DNA from: an uncultured Lachnospiraceae bacterium
GTDB taxonomy: Bacteria > Bacillota > Clostridia > Lachnospirales > Lachnospiraceae
NCBI GenBank assembly: GCA_900320485.1
Contig: ONSO01000002.1
Location: forward strand, 1,187-65,186
DNA length: 64,000 nt
Direction of reading: 5' to 3'
Part shown: positions 47,317 through 58,180 of the stretch, piece by piece
Layout of the letters: the number at the start of each line of letters is the position of its first letter
How positions within the stretch are numbered: the first letter of the stretch is position 1
The notes under the pieces: model-generated
Seen by the model: only the letters and a program-made list of their open reading frames with translations
What the model was told of the DNA's origin: nothing
Database searches by the model: none
Program-made: the position numbers and the translations under genes

Positions 47317-48191
47317 CCCTTGGTCCCTCCTCTGGAAACGCCCGTCATGATCTTCTCCCGGAAGGCCAGGAACAGTACTGCCAGCGGCGCCGAGATCACT
47401 ACGACTGCTGCCATCATGGCAGGTATGTTTTCCCGTCCAAATCCGTTCTCACGGATCTCCTGGATCCCGTTTGACACAAGGAAATACGCCTCGTCATCCG
47501 TGATCAGCCTCGGCCATACGTAGGAATTCCAGCATTCGATAACCTTTAAGATCCCGACGGTGATCAGCGTCGGCCGGCACATGGGAAGCATCACCTTCCA
47601 AAGATATTTCAGGTCGCTTGTTCCGTCCACCTTTGCCGCATAGTACAAGGCATCCGGCACCTGTGCAAAATTCTCCTTCAGCAGATACACGTAAAACACG
47701 GAGGTGACGGAAGGCAGGATCAGGCCCGGGAAGGAATTCCGCAGATGAAGATTCGTAATGGTGGCAAAATTGGTGATCACCACCAGCTCATTCGGGATCA
47801 TCATCAGTGCCAAAAATCCGGTAAAGACAAGATCCTTTCCCGGAAAGGAAAGTCTCGCAAATCCATAGGCCGCCAGCGTCACGACAATGAGCATGACGGC
47901 CGTGGTGATCACCGTAAAGATCAGCGTGTTCAAAAGGTACCTGCCAAGGGGCACCGTCCGAAAAGCATCCAGGTAATTCTGCAGCGTGGGCGACGATGCG
48001 TAAAACTTGGGGATCCGCTCCGAGTTATACTCTCCGTAGCCCTTCACGGAGGTCAGGATCATCCAGTAAAAGGGAAACAGTACCATCAGGGCCCACAAAA
48101 CCAGCCCGGCGTAAATGATGCTCTTTCGGATCACTTCCCCGGGTACGTGCCGCGTATTCTTTTTTTGCTCTGCTGCATTTAAGTCTCCCAT
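47313..48191 (-). CDS. CUT1 ABC permease (MalG/UgpE-like)
   Basis: PFYWM, AAYGFARL.FPG, AAKVDG, WNSY.WP. Confidence 0.92.
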   Translation of the reverse strand: MGDLNAAEQKKNTRHVPGEVIRKSIIYAGLVLWALMVLFPFYWMILTSVKGYGEYNSERIPKFYASSPTLQNYLDAFRTVPLGRYLLNTLIFTVITTAVMLIVVTLAAYGFARLSFPGKDLVFTGFLALMMIPNELVVITNFATITNLHLRNSFPGLILPSVTSVFYVYLLKENFAQVPDALYYAAKVDGTSDLKYLWKVMLPMCRPTLITVGILKVIECWNSYVWPRLITDDEAYFLVSNGIQEIRENGFGRENIPAMMAAVVVISAPLAVLFLAFREKIMTGVSRGGTKG

Positions 48192-48234
48192 GCTTTCCCC
48201 TTTCTTCCCTTTTGCCTGCCGCCTCTTTTCACGC

Positions 48235-49125
48235 TTAGTAATACACGTGCTTTTTGCTGAAGGTCAGGTTCAGGTAGGTAATGGTCATGACGATCAGGAA
48301 TAAGATAATGGCTGCCGCTGACGCGTAGGAGGGATATCCGCCGCTGTCCCCGTACAGCATGTCGTAAACGTAGCCCACGATCGTATTCATCTCGGCGGCA
48401 TTTAAGTCCGTTCCAAACAGCGCCACCGCGTTTCCGTACTCCTTGAACGCCCCGATAAAGCCCGTAATGATCAGGTAAAAGACCGTAGGGGAGATCATGG
48501 GAAGCGTGATCTTATAAAAGATCCGGAAGGGAGAGGTTCCGTCCACCCTTGCCGCATTGTAATAATTGGGATTCACCGAAGAGATGGCACTGGTCAAAAG
48601 CAGGATCTTAAAGGGCATGACCACCCAGATGACGTAAAGACACATGACAAACATCTTTGCGGGATAAGGCCCGTCAATAAAGTCCACGGACTCCCCGCCA
48701 AATACGTTGATGAGAAGATTTACAAGCCCGTCAGAATAGGCCGTCTTCTTAAACAGCACCATAAATACAAGACCGACTGCCAGCGTGTTGGTCACGTAGG
48801 GCAGAAAATAAATGGTCTGGAATAATTTCCGAAGGGGCGTAATGGAAGAAAGTCCCACGGAGATCAAAAGCGCAATGCCCGTGGAAAGCGGCACCGTGAT
48901 CACCACCATCAGGAACGTATTCTTCACCGCCTGCAGGAAATAGGGATCGTGAAGCACGTAGGAAAAATTGTAAAGCCCCGTTCCAAAGCTGGTCTGGGAG
49001 GCAAAGTTATAGCCCTCCTCCATGGAATAGACAAATACGTCCACCAGGGGATAAACCAGGAACGCCGCCAAAAACAGCGCCGCCGGCAAAAGATATAGCC
49101 AACCCTTATACTGATTCTTCTCCAT
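48235..49125 (-). CDS. CUT1 ABC permease (MalF/UgpA-like)
   Basis: YFLPYVT, YYNAARVDG, ITLPMISP. Confidence 0.92.
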   Translation of the reverse strand: MEKNQYKGWLYLLPAALFLAAFLVYPLVDVFVYSMEEGYNFASQTSFGTGLYNFSYVLHDPYFLQAVKNTFLMVVITVPLSTGIALLISVGLSSITPLRKLFQTIYFLPYVTNTLAVGLVFMVLFKKTAYSDGLVNLLINVFGGESVDFIDGPYPAKMFVMCLYVIWVVMPFKILLLTSAISSVNPNYYNAARVDGTSPFRIFYKITLPMISPTVFYLIITGFIGAFKEYGNAVALFGTDLNAAEMNTIVGYVYDMLYGDSGGYPSYASAAAIILFLIVMTITYLNLTFSKKHVYY

Positions 49126-49146
49126 GGCTGCTCCTTCCGTACCTTT

Positions 49147-50238
49147 CTACCGGATCCTCTCGCCGGTCTCCTTTTGGAACAAAAGCACCTTTGCCTTTTT
49201 CAGGTTAAAACGAATCTGCTCCTTTGCCGCATCCACCACGTTTTCCGCCTGAATAATGGACCTGACCGTTCCTCCCTGACACTTGTCATGGGTGGAAACC
49301 ACGGTTACGTCGCGTCCCATCACTTCTACTCCGAACAGCTTACAGGAAAGCTGCCCCGCTTCGTCAAGCACAAAGCCCTCCGGCCGGATCCCGACGGTCA
49401 CCTCGCCGTCAGCCACGCCGGGAACGTCAAGCACGTCCTCCTCGCCGAGATAAAGCTTTCCGCCCTGCACGTTGCCGTCAAAGACGTTGATGGGCGGCGT
49501 CCCCAAAAACTTTGCCACAAACAGGTCCACGGGATCATCATAAACCTCCTGCGGCTTTCCGATCTGATGCACTCTTCCCGCTTCCATGACCACGATCCTG
49601 TCCGTGATGCTCATGGCCTCCTCCTGATCATGGGTCACAAAAATCGTAGTGATCCCCGTCTCCTGCTGGATCCTGCGGATCTCCTCCCTGGTCTGCAGGC
49701 GAAGTCTCGCATCCAGATTCGACAATGGCTCATCTAAAAGCAGCACCTTGGGGCGCTTCACCAGGGCTCTCGCGATGGCCACTCTCTGCTGCTGGCCGCC
49801 GGAAAGCTCATGGGGCTTTCTCTCCATCAGCTCCTCGATCTGCACCAGCTTGGCCGCCTCGTAAGCCTTCTCCTTCATCTGCTCCTTGGTGAGCTTTTCC
49901 TCCCCCTTCAGGTTCTCCAACGGGAAGGTAATGTTCTGCAGCACCGAAAGATGCGGATAGAGGGCATAGTTTTGAAATACTACGCCCACGCCCCGTTCCT
50001 CCGGCGGAAGATTTGTCACCTCCTGCTCGCCAAAAAAGATCTTCCCCTCCGTTGGCTTTTGCAGGCCGCAGATCATAAAAAGCGCCGTGCTCTTCCCACA
50101 GCCGGATGGGCCAAGCAGTCCCACCAGCTCCCCGTCCGGGATCTCAAACCGGAAATGATCCACGGCCACCACGTCGCCGCCCGCCTTTTTATTCCGATTT
50201 GGAAACTTCTTTGTCAGGTTATCCAATACGACCTTCAT
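49147..50238 (-). CDS. CUT1 ABC ATP-binding protein (MalK/UgpC-like)
   Basis: GPSGCGKS, VFQNYALYPH, LSGGQQQR, DEPLSNLDA, THDQEEAM. Confidence 0.94.
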   Translation of the reverse strand: MKVVLDNLTKKFPNRNKKAGGDVVAVDHFRFEIPDGELVGLLGPSGCGKSTALFMICGLQKPTEGKIFFGEQEVTNLPPEERGVGVVFQNYALYPHLSVLQNITFPLENLKGEEKLTKEQMKEKAYEAAKLVQIEELMERKPHELSGGQQQRVAIARALVKRPKVLLLDEPLSNLDARLRLQTREEIRRIQQETGITTIFVTHDQEEAMSITDRIVVMEAGRVHQIGKPQEVYDDPVDLFVAKFLGTPPINVFDGNVQGGKLYLGEEDVLDVPGVADGEVTVGIRPEGFVLDEAGQLSCKLFGVEVMGRDVTVVSTHDKCQGGTVRSIIQAENVVDAAKEQIRFNLKKAKVLLFQKETGERIR

Positions 50239-50283
50239 TTGTTTCTTCTCCTTTTGAGAAATAACGGATCTGCCACGGCTTTC

Positions 50284-51258
50284 CTACCTGTGAAGGAGGT
50301 TTAGGAACAGCTCCGCCTCGATCCGAAGCTCCCTGCGAAAGCTCCGGACGCTCCCGGGCACCTTATGCCTTTTGCCCTCCGGGCTCGCGCAGAGCTTTAC
50401 GCCGTCCATAAGTCCCTTTACGTATAAGCCTCCCATGCCCTTTTTTACAAAAAACAGAAATTTAATAAAAAATCCCGCAAGCCAAAAAGGGGCATTCAGT
50501 ATCTTGAAATAAGGCGGCACGTTCTTATACAAGACGTAGACGCTGTTGGCCGCCGCCCGCCTGGTCTTCCATGCATTATATTTTGAACCGCTGGAGGCGC
50601 TGCCATAGTGGATCACCCTTGCACCGGGCTCATACAGGTTCTCATACCCATGGATCTTTGCCCGGTACCCAAGATCCAGATCCTCCAGATAGGCAAAATG
50701 ATTTTCATCAAAAAGACCGATCTTGTCAAGGACGCTGCGACGGTATAGCGCCGCCCCGCCACATGCGGAAAAGACCTTCTGGCGCCGCCCGTACCGTGCA
50801 TAGGGCTTTCCCTTGCCCCTTCCGAGGGCCCATCCGAATACGGTATAGACGTCGCCTGCGTCATCCATGATCTTTGGATCGTCCCAGGTCAGCATGGCCG
50901 CGCTGACGGAGAAAACCTTCTCCCGCCTTCCGTCCCTGCCCATGGCAAGATAAAGATTCTTCACAAAATCCGGAAATACCTTTACGTCATTGTTTAACAG
51001 GAGCACGAAGGGACTTTCGCTGTTTTGGATCCCCACGTTCACCGCATGGCAAAAGCCCGTGTTTTCCTCAAGGCAGATCAGCCTTGTCTGAGGGAATTTT
51101 TCGCGGATGAGCTCCACGCTCCCGTCTCCGGAAGCATTATCTACCACCAGGACCTCAAAGTCCGGCGTCCCCTCCACCTGATCATACAGGGAAGAAAGGC
51201 ATCCGTCGATAAACTTGATTCCCTTGTAGTTTGGAATGACTACCGTGATCGTTGCCAT
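50284..51258 (-). CDS. Glycosyltransferase family 2
   Basis: VVIPNY, VDNAS.DGS, LLNND, YLEDLDL. Confidence 0.92.
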   Translation of the reverse strand: MATITVVIPNYKGIKFIDGCLSSLYDQVEGTPDFEVLVVDNASGDGSVELIREKFPQTRLICLEENTGFCHAVNVGIQNSESPFVLLLNNDVKVFPDFVKNLYLAMGRDGRREKVFSVSAAMLTWDDPKIMDDAGDVYTVFGWALGRGKGKPYARYGRRQKVFSACGGAALYRRSVLDKIGLFDENHFAYLEDLDLGYRAKIHGYENLYEPGARVIHYGSASSGSKYNAWKTRRAAANSVYVLYKNVPPYFKILNAPFWLAGFFIKFLFFVKKGMGGLYVKGLMDGVKLCASPEGKRHKVPGSVRSFRRELRIEAELFLNLLHR

Positions 51259-51320
51259 AAAAACTCCTTCCGCTTCCTTTTGCCTTTGCTTTTGTCTTTT
51301 TGCCTTGCCTTACGTTTTCC

Positions 51321-52748
51321 CTAAAGTCTTACAATCATCTCCGGATCCCATAAGATCCGCCCGCCCTGCTCCCGCAACGCCTTACAAAGGCGAAGGCTCA
51401 GGGCCTTTACGTCCGCCCCCGCAGGCAAAGTCGTCACGTCAAAAATATCTGCACGGGTCCTTCCCCCGTCCTCAAGCTTCCTTGTCACGTAGGGAACGCC
51501 CACAATACTTTCAAAAAGAGGCCAAAGCTCTTCCCTTACGCAGATGCAGCGAAGATCCACCGCCTCCGCATCCTGCGTCAGCACGGCCCTGTGAAGATAG
51601 CCGCTAAACCCTTCCTTGAGGCCTTCGTAGTAAACGCCGCCGTCCCCGGCCATCCGTCCGCCTGCAAGCATTTTATCCTGCAGAACCTTGCCGCCTATGG
51701 CGAAAAGATCCTTACGCTCTCTTAGCTCCTCCATGGCGCTCTCAAAGGAAAGACGATAAAAGCCCACGTGCTTTAAGTTCTCCGCCTTTGCCTTCCACTT
51801 CCTATGATCTGCAAAGTCCTGAAGCGCCCTGCGGCCTGCCTCGTAGGCATAGGTCTTGCTCCGGGGATTTTCCGCCGTGGAGCCCACGTGGCACCTCCAG
51901 TGATATAAGGCCGCCGGCACGTGGCAGATCTCCTTCTCCGGTGAGCCCCCGCGGTCCAAAATGGAGGCAGCGGCCCTAAGCACCAGATCATAATCCTGCG
52001 CGCCGTCATATGCCGCCCGAAGCTTTAGCTCCCGGAAAAAGTCTGCCTTCATGACAAGAAAATGGCACACGTAATTGTTGGAAAGAAGGAGGTCCAGGTT
52101 AAAGTCCTCCTTCCGGTGATACTCATAATAACGGTCCGCGCCGTCCCATTTATCCTCGTCGGAATAGATCATCACCGGCTCTTCACCCTCGGCGGACAGG
52201 ATCACCTTCGCCATTTCGTACAGCGCATCCGGCGTCAGCACGTCGTCATGATCCAAAAGGCCCACGTAGCCCTCCTTCAGATAGGGGATCGCCGCATTCG
52301 TGTTTTCGGAAATACCGCCGTTTGAGGGTAAGTGCACATATCTCACTTGCCCTTTCATCTCGCCCGCATCTTCCAAAGCCTTACAGATCTCCTCCAGGGC
52401 CACGCAAACCTCTTCTCCCTCCGTAGCATCAAGGATCAAAAGCTCCCAATTGGGGTAAACCTGCGCCTGCAAGGACTGTGTCAGTTCCCTTAAAAACTGC
52501 GGGTTTGTGCGATAGGCGGGAACCAGGATCTGGAAAAACGGAGCCTCTCTTCCGCTCTCCTTTTCCTGCAGGCTCCACGCCTTCGCCTGCTCCTGCATTT
52601 TCCGAAGTTCTTGTTCGGTAAAAATCCTCGGCGCATAATGCTCCGTGGCAGCCATTCTCTCCCTGGCCGCGTTCCAAGTTTCCCGAAGGCCGTTCCGCTT
52701 AAGGTAATATACAGTTTTCTTTATGTTTGCCAGGGACAATTTACCCAT
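51321..52748 (-). CDS. Glycosyltransferase family 2
   Basis: GISENTN, LDHDD, YSDEDK, DGAQDYDL, LYHWR. Confidence 0.9.
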   Translation of the reverse strand: MGKLSLANIKKTVYYLKRNGLRETWNAARERMAATEHYAPRIFTEQELRKMQEQAKAWSLQEKESGREAPFFQILVPAYRTNPQFLRELTQSLQAQVYPNWELLILDATEGEEVCVALEEICKALEDAGEMKGQVRYVHLPSNGGISENTNAAIPYLKEGYVGLLDHDDVLTPDALYEMAKVILSAEGEEPVMIYSDEDKWDGADRYYEYHRKEDFNLDLLLSNNYVCHFLVMKADFFRELKLRAAYDGAQDYDLVLRAAASILDRGGSPEKEICHVPAALYHWRCHVGSTAENPRSKTYAYEAGRRALQDFADHRKWKAKAENLKHVGFYRLSFESAMEELRERKDLFAIGGKVLQDKMLAGGRMAGDGGVYYEGLKEGFSGYLHRAVLTQDAEAVDLRCICVREELWPLFESIVGVPYVTRKLEDGGRTRADIFDVTTLPAGADVKALSLRLCKALREQGGRILWDPEMIVRL

Positions 52749-52750
52749 GA

Positions 52751-52855
52751 AGCTACCTTCCTTGCCGCATTCCCATCCGCTTTAGAGCTGCTTTCCTTGC
52801 CGCATTCCCATCCGCTTTAGAGCTGCTTTCCTTGCCGCATTCCCATCCGCTTTAG
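52751..52855. repeat. 35-bp tandem repeat x3 filling the pgm-GT2 intergenic space
   Basis: AGCTGCTTTCCTTGCCGCATTCCCATCCGCTTTAG at 52786 and 52821; variant copy at 52751. Confidence 0.92.
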
Positions 52856-54573
52856 ATCAGCGCCTTCAGATCCTCCGTCAGCTTTGCCAGTCTTTCTTCG
52901 GCATCCGCAACACTGCTTCCCTTGACGCCCACGTAGAACTTGATCTTAGGCTCCGTTCCGGAAGGTCTGGCGCAGCACCACTCCTCATTCGGCAGTTCAA
53001 AATAAAGCACGTTGGACTTTGGAAGTCCCGTGGGAGTCTTCTCCCCGCTCTCCAGATCCAGGATCTCATCCTTCTGGTAATCCCGAAGCCTTAAAACCTT
53101 CTTGTCGCCGATAAACTTCGGCGGATTTGTGCGAAGCTTTTCCATGATCTGGGCGATCTGCTTTGCACCGGACTGTCCCTTCATGGTAATGGTATACTGG
53201 CCTTCCTTGAAATAGCCGTACTTCTCATAAATCTCCGTCATCATGTCGCAGAGGGTCTTCCCCTGCTTCTTACAGTAAGCCGCCACCTCACACAGGCAGG
53301 TCACCGCCACAATGGCGTCCTTGTCACGGGAATGGGTTCCCGCAAGGCATCCATAGGATTCCTCCAGACCAAATACGTAGTTGTAGGAATGCTCCTGCTC
53401 AAAGAATTTGATCTGTTCCCCGATATACTTAAAGCCCGTCAGCGTCTCGATCAGCTTTACGCCGTAAGCCCTGCTGATGGGGAAGGTCATATTTGTCGTT
53501 ACGATGGTAGTCACCATGGCCGGCTTCTCGGGCATGAGTCCCAGGGCGGTCCGCTCCCGGAGGATATACTCTGCAATGAGCATGCCGGACATGTTACCGG
53601 TAAATGCCTCATATTCGCCCGTCCTGGCATTCTTAGCATAAACTCCAAGGCGATCCGCATCCGGATCCGTGGCCAGTACAATGTCCGCGTCCTTCTCCTT
53701 TGCAAGGCGCAGGGCATAGGTAAATGCCTTGGGATCCTCGGGGTTAGGATATTCCAGTGTCGTAAAGTTCGGATCGGGATTCTCCTGCTCCGGAACTACG
53801 AATACGTTCCGGAAGCCCAGTTCTTTCAGGATCCTCTGCACGGGCTTATTCCCCGTACCGCAAAGGGGCGTGTAAACGATCTTGACGTCTCCCGACATTT
53901 CCTCGATCACTTCCGGATGAAGGATCTGCTTTTTCAGCTCCGCCATAAAGAGGTCATCGATCTCCTTGCCGATCACCTGATACAGACCTGCCGCCTTCGC
54001 ATCTTCCTTCTTCATGGTCTTCACGCTGCCAAAGTCCGTAACGGCCCTGACCTCACTGATGATTTCTTTGTCTCTGGGCGCCGTGATCTGGGCGCCATCC
54101 TCCCAGTAAACCTTGTATCCGTTATACTCCGGCGGATTGTGACTGGCCGTCACCATAACGCCCGCGGTACAGCCCAGCGTCCGCAGCGCAAAGGAAAGCT
54201 CCGGCGTAGGCCGAAGGCTTTCAAAAACATAGGCCTTAATGCCGTTTGCCGCAAGGCACAGCGCCGTCTCCTCCGCCAATTCCGTGCTCATGCGACGGTT
54301 GTCAAAGGAAATGGCAACACCCCTGCCCTGCGTTCCCTGCTTCAGGATATAATTGGCAAGGCCCTGGGTAGCCTTTCTTACGGTGTAGACGTTCATGCGG
54401 TTTGTCCCTGCGGCAACAATGCCCCGAAGTCCTCCGGTTCCAAATTCCAGCTCGCGGTAGAATCTGTCCTCCACCTCCGCTTCATTGTTGCGGATCGCTA
54501 AAAGCTCTTCCTTCGTCTTCTCATCAAAATAATCATTCTCTAACCAAAATCCGAATTCGTCCCGATAACCCAT
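52852..54573 (-). CDS. pgm: Phosphoglucomutase/phosphomannomutase (PgcA-like)
   Basis: FGTGGLRG, TASHNP, TDPDADR, EESYG, RPSGTEPK. Confidence 0.95.
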   Translation of the reverse strand: MGYRDEFGFWLENDYFDEKTKEELLAIRNNEAEVEDRFYRELEFGTGGLRGIVAAGTNRMNVYTVRKATQGLANYILKQGTQGRGVAISFDNRRMSTELAEETALCLAANGIKAYVFESLRPTPELSFALRTLGCTAGVMVTASHNPPEYNGYKVYWEDGAQITAPRDKEIISEVRAVTDFGSVKTMKKEDAKAAGLYQVIGKEIDDLFMAELKKQILHPEVIEEMSGDVKIVYTPLCGTGNKPVQRILKELGFRNVFVVPEQENPDPNFTTLEYPNPEDPKAFTYALRLAKEKDADIVLATDPDADRLGVYAKNARTGEYEAFTGNMSGMLIAEYILRERTALGLMPEKPAMVTTIVTTNMTFPISRAYGVKLIETLTGFKYIGEQIKFFEQEHSYNYVFGLEESYGCLAGTHSRDKDAIVAVTCLCEVAAYCKKQGKTLCDMMTEIYEKYGYFKEGQYTITMKGQSGAKQIAQIMEKLRTNPPKFIGDKKVLRLRDYQKDEILDLESGEKTPTGLPKSNVLYFELPNEEWCCARPSGTEPKIKFYVGVKGSSVADAEERLAKLTEDLKALI

Positions 54574-54762
54574 TTTTCACCTCCCAAAAATTGGAGAATT
54601 GCCATGCAACTCTCCAACCATTTTATCATGTTCCGCGTAAAACCGCAATGAAAGAAATCCCCGCGGCATCAGCCGCATGGATTCCCACTTCAGGAATCCT
54701 GATGAAAACAAACCAATAAGGCCATCCAAACTCGTACCAGGCAGAACCATTCGCATGATACT

Positions 54763-57009
54763 TCATTCATTTTCTTTCAGATAAAGCATAACTCTGCTTC
54801 CAATAATACTTGTCACCTCGCCCGCCGTCTTATCACCAACATAAAAAGCCGGCGTCTCTTCGAAGATGACGTCCATGATTTCCTCTTCCATCCTCTGATC
54901 ACTTCCTACGGCATTTTCCATGATTTCTTCCAATAGAGTCAAGGATTCTTTTTCTATATAGTTCATGTCATCAGGTTTGCTTTTCCGTTTTGAAAACTCA
55001 TACGCTTTTTTTATTTGCACGTTAAATTTGCTTTTCAGGGAAGATAAATGATCCAGCTTCTCGCTATCCGATGAATGAAGATAATACTCTAAAAACACCC
55101 ACGCAGCATCCTTATGCTTAGATGACGAAAGCATACCCATTCCTCCAAAGGGGGATAGAATACTTTTCCCCTTTCCCTCCTCTGTCGGATAACCAATCAC
55201 CGTCATATCTTGTTTATGGAATGATTCACGAAAATAATCAGTCAAGCCATAAAATGAACTGATCCAAGCGTCGACTAACAGACATTCATTCGCATTCTCT
55301 GACTCTCCAACATTGGAAATATTATCATATTGTTTTTTTGCTTCCCGTATCATATGAATAAATGTTTCCTGATCAAATGTCTTATTAAAAAGCTTGGATT
55401 GATTTAATGCAAACGCACATCCTAATATGTGATTTGCCCAATTAGTTTTCTGTTGAGGGTCCCTTCCAGCCATTCCGCTTATAAGCGGTTTGTCGGGATT
55501 ATTCTGCGCCAGTTTGATCATCCCCTCCAAGGTCCATTTTTCTTGCACCTGCTTTAGGATTTCCGATTGACAGAGTAATGTCTCCACCGTCATCTCATCC
55601 GTCAGCCACAAAAGCGAACCCTTTTCCGTTGCCCCTTGCAGTACTTCCGGAAAAAAATCATCTTCTCGAATCAAGCTGCTCCGCTCAAGGTACGGGGTTA
55701 AATCCTCCAACAAACCAATTGGTGAAATTTCCTGGCTTTTCAGAACGCTGATATCGATCAAATCTATCTTATTTTCTTTGATCAGGTCTAACTTCAATCG
55801 TTCCACGGCTGCTTCATAATCGGCATCTGATGAATACGCTCCAAGCATTTCAAAGTAATTTATGACTTCTATCCTATACTTTTCATTCGCTCGGTTGAAT
55901 CTAACAGCTATCCTTCGAAGTTTCGTCTGACTTCCATTTACTGCAATATGTATAACTTCCTTTTGGGATAACTCTTCCTTTGATCTGATTTCCGCAGTTA
56001 TCAAATACTCTTCCTGAATACCTTTTTCTTGAAGAATGACATATATGTTTCCATTTTTCCCCATCCACCATTTTATGACGTCATCTGAGCAAATATCTAT
56101 ATTTACAAAATCAATTATTTCTTGCCATTCTTTTACCAATTCAGAATATATGTATATTTTTTCTCTCGTTCTTGCCATGACTCTCCCGTCAGCCGTTCGA
56201 GAAATCTCCGTAAAACCATGTTTTTTATCAATGATTTCTTCCTTGCCCCGGTATACTCTCAGTAAAACCGGAGCCACGTCCATGCCAAGTAAATAACATC
56301 CTCCCGCATCGTCACCGCATATGTCCCATCCGTATGTTTCGGAAGCCAGTTTCTGCGTTTTGATATTCTTTCCCTTCGCATTAAAAGTTCGTAGTTCATT
56401 TCCGGACAGGATAAATATTTCTCCTTTGGAATTCGAAGTCAGGTGTTCCGTATACACACCCTGATCAAGCTCTACCGAAAAGACAAGGCATCCATCTGAA
56501 TCCAGCATCGTCAGCCATCCCTTTTCTTCAAGCCCCAAATAACCAGCCGCACTTTTTAAAGTCACGATGAGTTTCTCATTCTCATAAACGCTCGCTCCCA
56601 TAACATACCCGTCCAACTCACCTACCAGTTTTCTTTCAGATAATTTTTTATCTTCTATCGTATTTTTAAAAATTTTTGTTATAATTTTAAATTGATCATA
56701 TTCCTCTGCCAAATTCCCGATTTCTTCTTCATCAACTAATTCTCCTTTGTACAAAAACACATACTCACAAACAAATACGTCGTTTTCCGAGCAAGCCAAT
56801 ACTCTTAAATTTTTCTTGTTATCATTCCATGAAATTTCCTCACGTCCAACGCAGACATAACTGAATCCCTTTTGAATACTCCACTCTATTTCCTTTTTTT
56901 CTTTCCTTGCGTCATCCTTTTCGCAACCGGTTAAAACCATCAATAACGTAATGGTAATAAACAATTTAATAATTCCGTTCTTCGTTACTCCCACGTTAGG
57001 CCCTCGCAT
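54763..57009 (-). CDS. Large lipoprotein: N-terminal beta-rich (propeller-like) region plus solute-binding domain
   Basis: Lipobox LTGC; FN..N..YRIEV..Y, LEDLTPYL, WT, IGYPT..G, AW.FL motifs. Confidence 0.75.
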   Translation of the reverse strand: MRGPNVGVTKNGIIKLFITITLLMVLTGCEKDDARKEKKEIEWSIQKGFSYVCVGREEISWNDNKKNLRVLACSENDVFVCEYVFLYKGELVDEEEIGNLAEEYDQFKIITKIFKNTIEDKKLSERKLVGELDGYVMGASVYENEKLIVTLKSAAGYLGLEEKGWLTMLDSDGCLVFSVELDQGVYTEHLTSNSKGEIFILSGNELRTFNAKGKNIKTQKLASETYGWDICGDDAGGCYLLGMDVAPVLLRVYRGKEEIIDKKHGFTEISRTADGRVMARTREKIYIYSELVKEWQEIIDFVNIDICSDDVIKWWMGKNGNIYVILQEKGIQEEYLITAEIRSKEELSQKEVIHIAVNGSQTKLRRIAVRFNRANEKYRIEVINYFEMLGAYSSDADYEAAVERLKLDLIKENKIDLIDISVLKSQEISPIGLLEDLTPYLERSSLIREDDFFPEVLQGATEKGSLLWLTDEMTVETLLCQSEILKQVQEKWTLEGMIKLAQNNPDKPLISGMAGRDPQQKTNWANHILGCAFALNQSKLFNKTFDQETFIHMIREAKKQYDNISNVGESENANECLLVDAWISSFYGLTDYFRESFHKQDMTVIGYPTEEGKGKSILSPFGGMGMLSSSKHKDAAWVFLEYYLHSSDSEKLDHLSSLKSKFNVQIKKAYEFSKRKSKPDDMNYIEKESLTLLEEIMENAVGSDQRMEEEIMDVIFEETPAFYVGDKTAGEVTSIIGSRVMLYLKENE

Positions 57010-57019
57010 ATCAACAATC

Positions 57020-58180
57020 TTATTCCGCAGACTCTATGTTTGCTTGTGTTGGATATATGTTTATCAGTCTCAGCACGTGAAAACCCAGTGTCAGTATTTC
57101 AAAACCAATTGTTATAACAAAAGACCCCATGATTGTCAGCAATACCTCTAATACTTCCAGATTCCCTGCCATGTGAAAACATAACTTTAACAGCATCACG
57201 ATCACGGCTGCAAAAAATGCTGATCCGGTTACCCAAACAGCACTTATGAATGCCGTTTTGAACAAGCTAAGCACATTACATCCCAACATTCTTCTGATCA
57301 AATATTCTCTCTTTCTACGGGTAAACCATACTTCCATCAGATAGAATATGACAAATAGGCAAAAAAGCTCCATGAGGGAATATATCTTTTGCATTTTTTT
57401 GTACAGATCCTGCCTCTCCCATTGTTCATAGTCATCAAAATTCTTATAGGCCGTCAGAAATTCTTCAAAATAATCCTGAAAATCGTTAATCTCCTCATTG
57501 AATTTGGTAAGCTTTTCGAATAGGAGCGGAATTCCATTCCATCCGCCTGTTTCATACTTATCTGCCAACCGCCAGGTAAACCACTCTTTGTAATCTTCTT
57601 GCAAGTTTTCCCAATTCAAGTATACCGATTGAGCAAGCATCACGTCGCTTTCAATGACATCATAAACCCGAAATTCCTTACCGTCAATTATAATCCACTT
57701 TTTGCCTTCTCTTAAGTAAGTTCTGTTTAATAATCTGCCTGCTATCAAAACAGAATTGGGTATTTTAATCCACTCTCCGTAATCAAGCTTTTCTTTCTTT
57801 GCAAGTGCCTCTGCAGATAAATAAGTCCGAACTTCACGATGGTCATTTGTCAGTCCAACCGACACCATGAATCCCCTGATCACGCAATTAGTGCCGCTTC
57901 CTTTCAGCATCTCGGAAGATTCATCAAGCATGTCTTTATTCCACGGACCATCCAAAAAAAATTCTTTATGATAAAGATAATCCGGTTTGTTTAGATTGTT
58001 GAGCAGTATCTGAGATTTGATTAGATGCATTCCCAAATAGAACAACAAAAACATTCCCACGAAAAGAAGCAGTGAATCATATTCTTTTTGGCAAAAAAGG
58101 AATACCCTTTTAAACATGTTATACTTCAGCCACCTCGTTCTTTGATTCCCCATACCTATTCTAATTAAGTATCCTTCCAT
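57020..58180 (-). CDS. FtsX/MacB-like ABC permease (diverged)
   Basis: N-terminal TM, large loop, RKREY.IRRMLG, 3 C-terminal TMs. Confidence 0.75.
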   Translation of the reverse strand: MEGYLIRIGMGNQRTRWLKYNMFKRVFLFCQKEYDSLLLFVGMFLLFYLGMHLIKSQILLNNLNKPDYLYHKEFFLDGPWNKDMLDESSEMLKGSGTNCVIRGFMVSVGLTNDHREVRTYLSAEALAKKEKLDYGEWIKIPNSVLIAGRLLNRTYLREGKKWIIIDGKEFRVYDVIESDVMLAQSVYLNWENLQEDYKEWFTWRLADKYETGGWNGIPLLFEKLTKFNEEINDFQDYFEEFLTAYKNFDDYEQWERQDLYKKMQKIYSLMELFCLFVIFYLMEVWFTRRKREYLIRRMLGCNVLSLFKTAFISAVWVTGSAFFAAVIVMLLKLCFHMAGNLEVLEVLLTIMGSFVITIGFEILTLGFHVLRLINIYPTQANIESAE

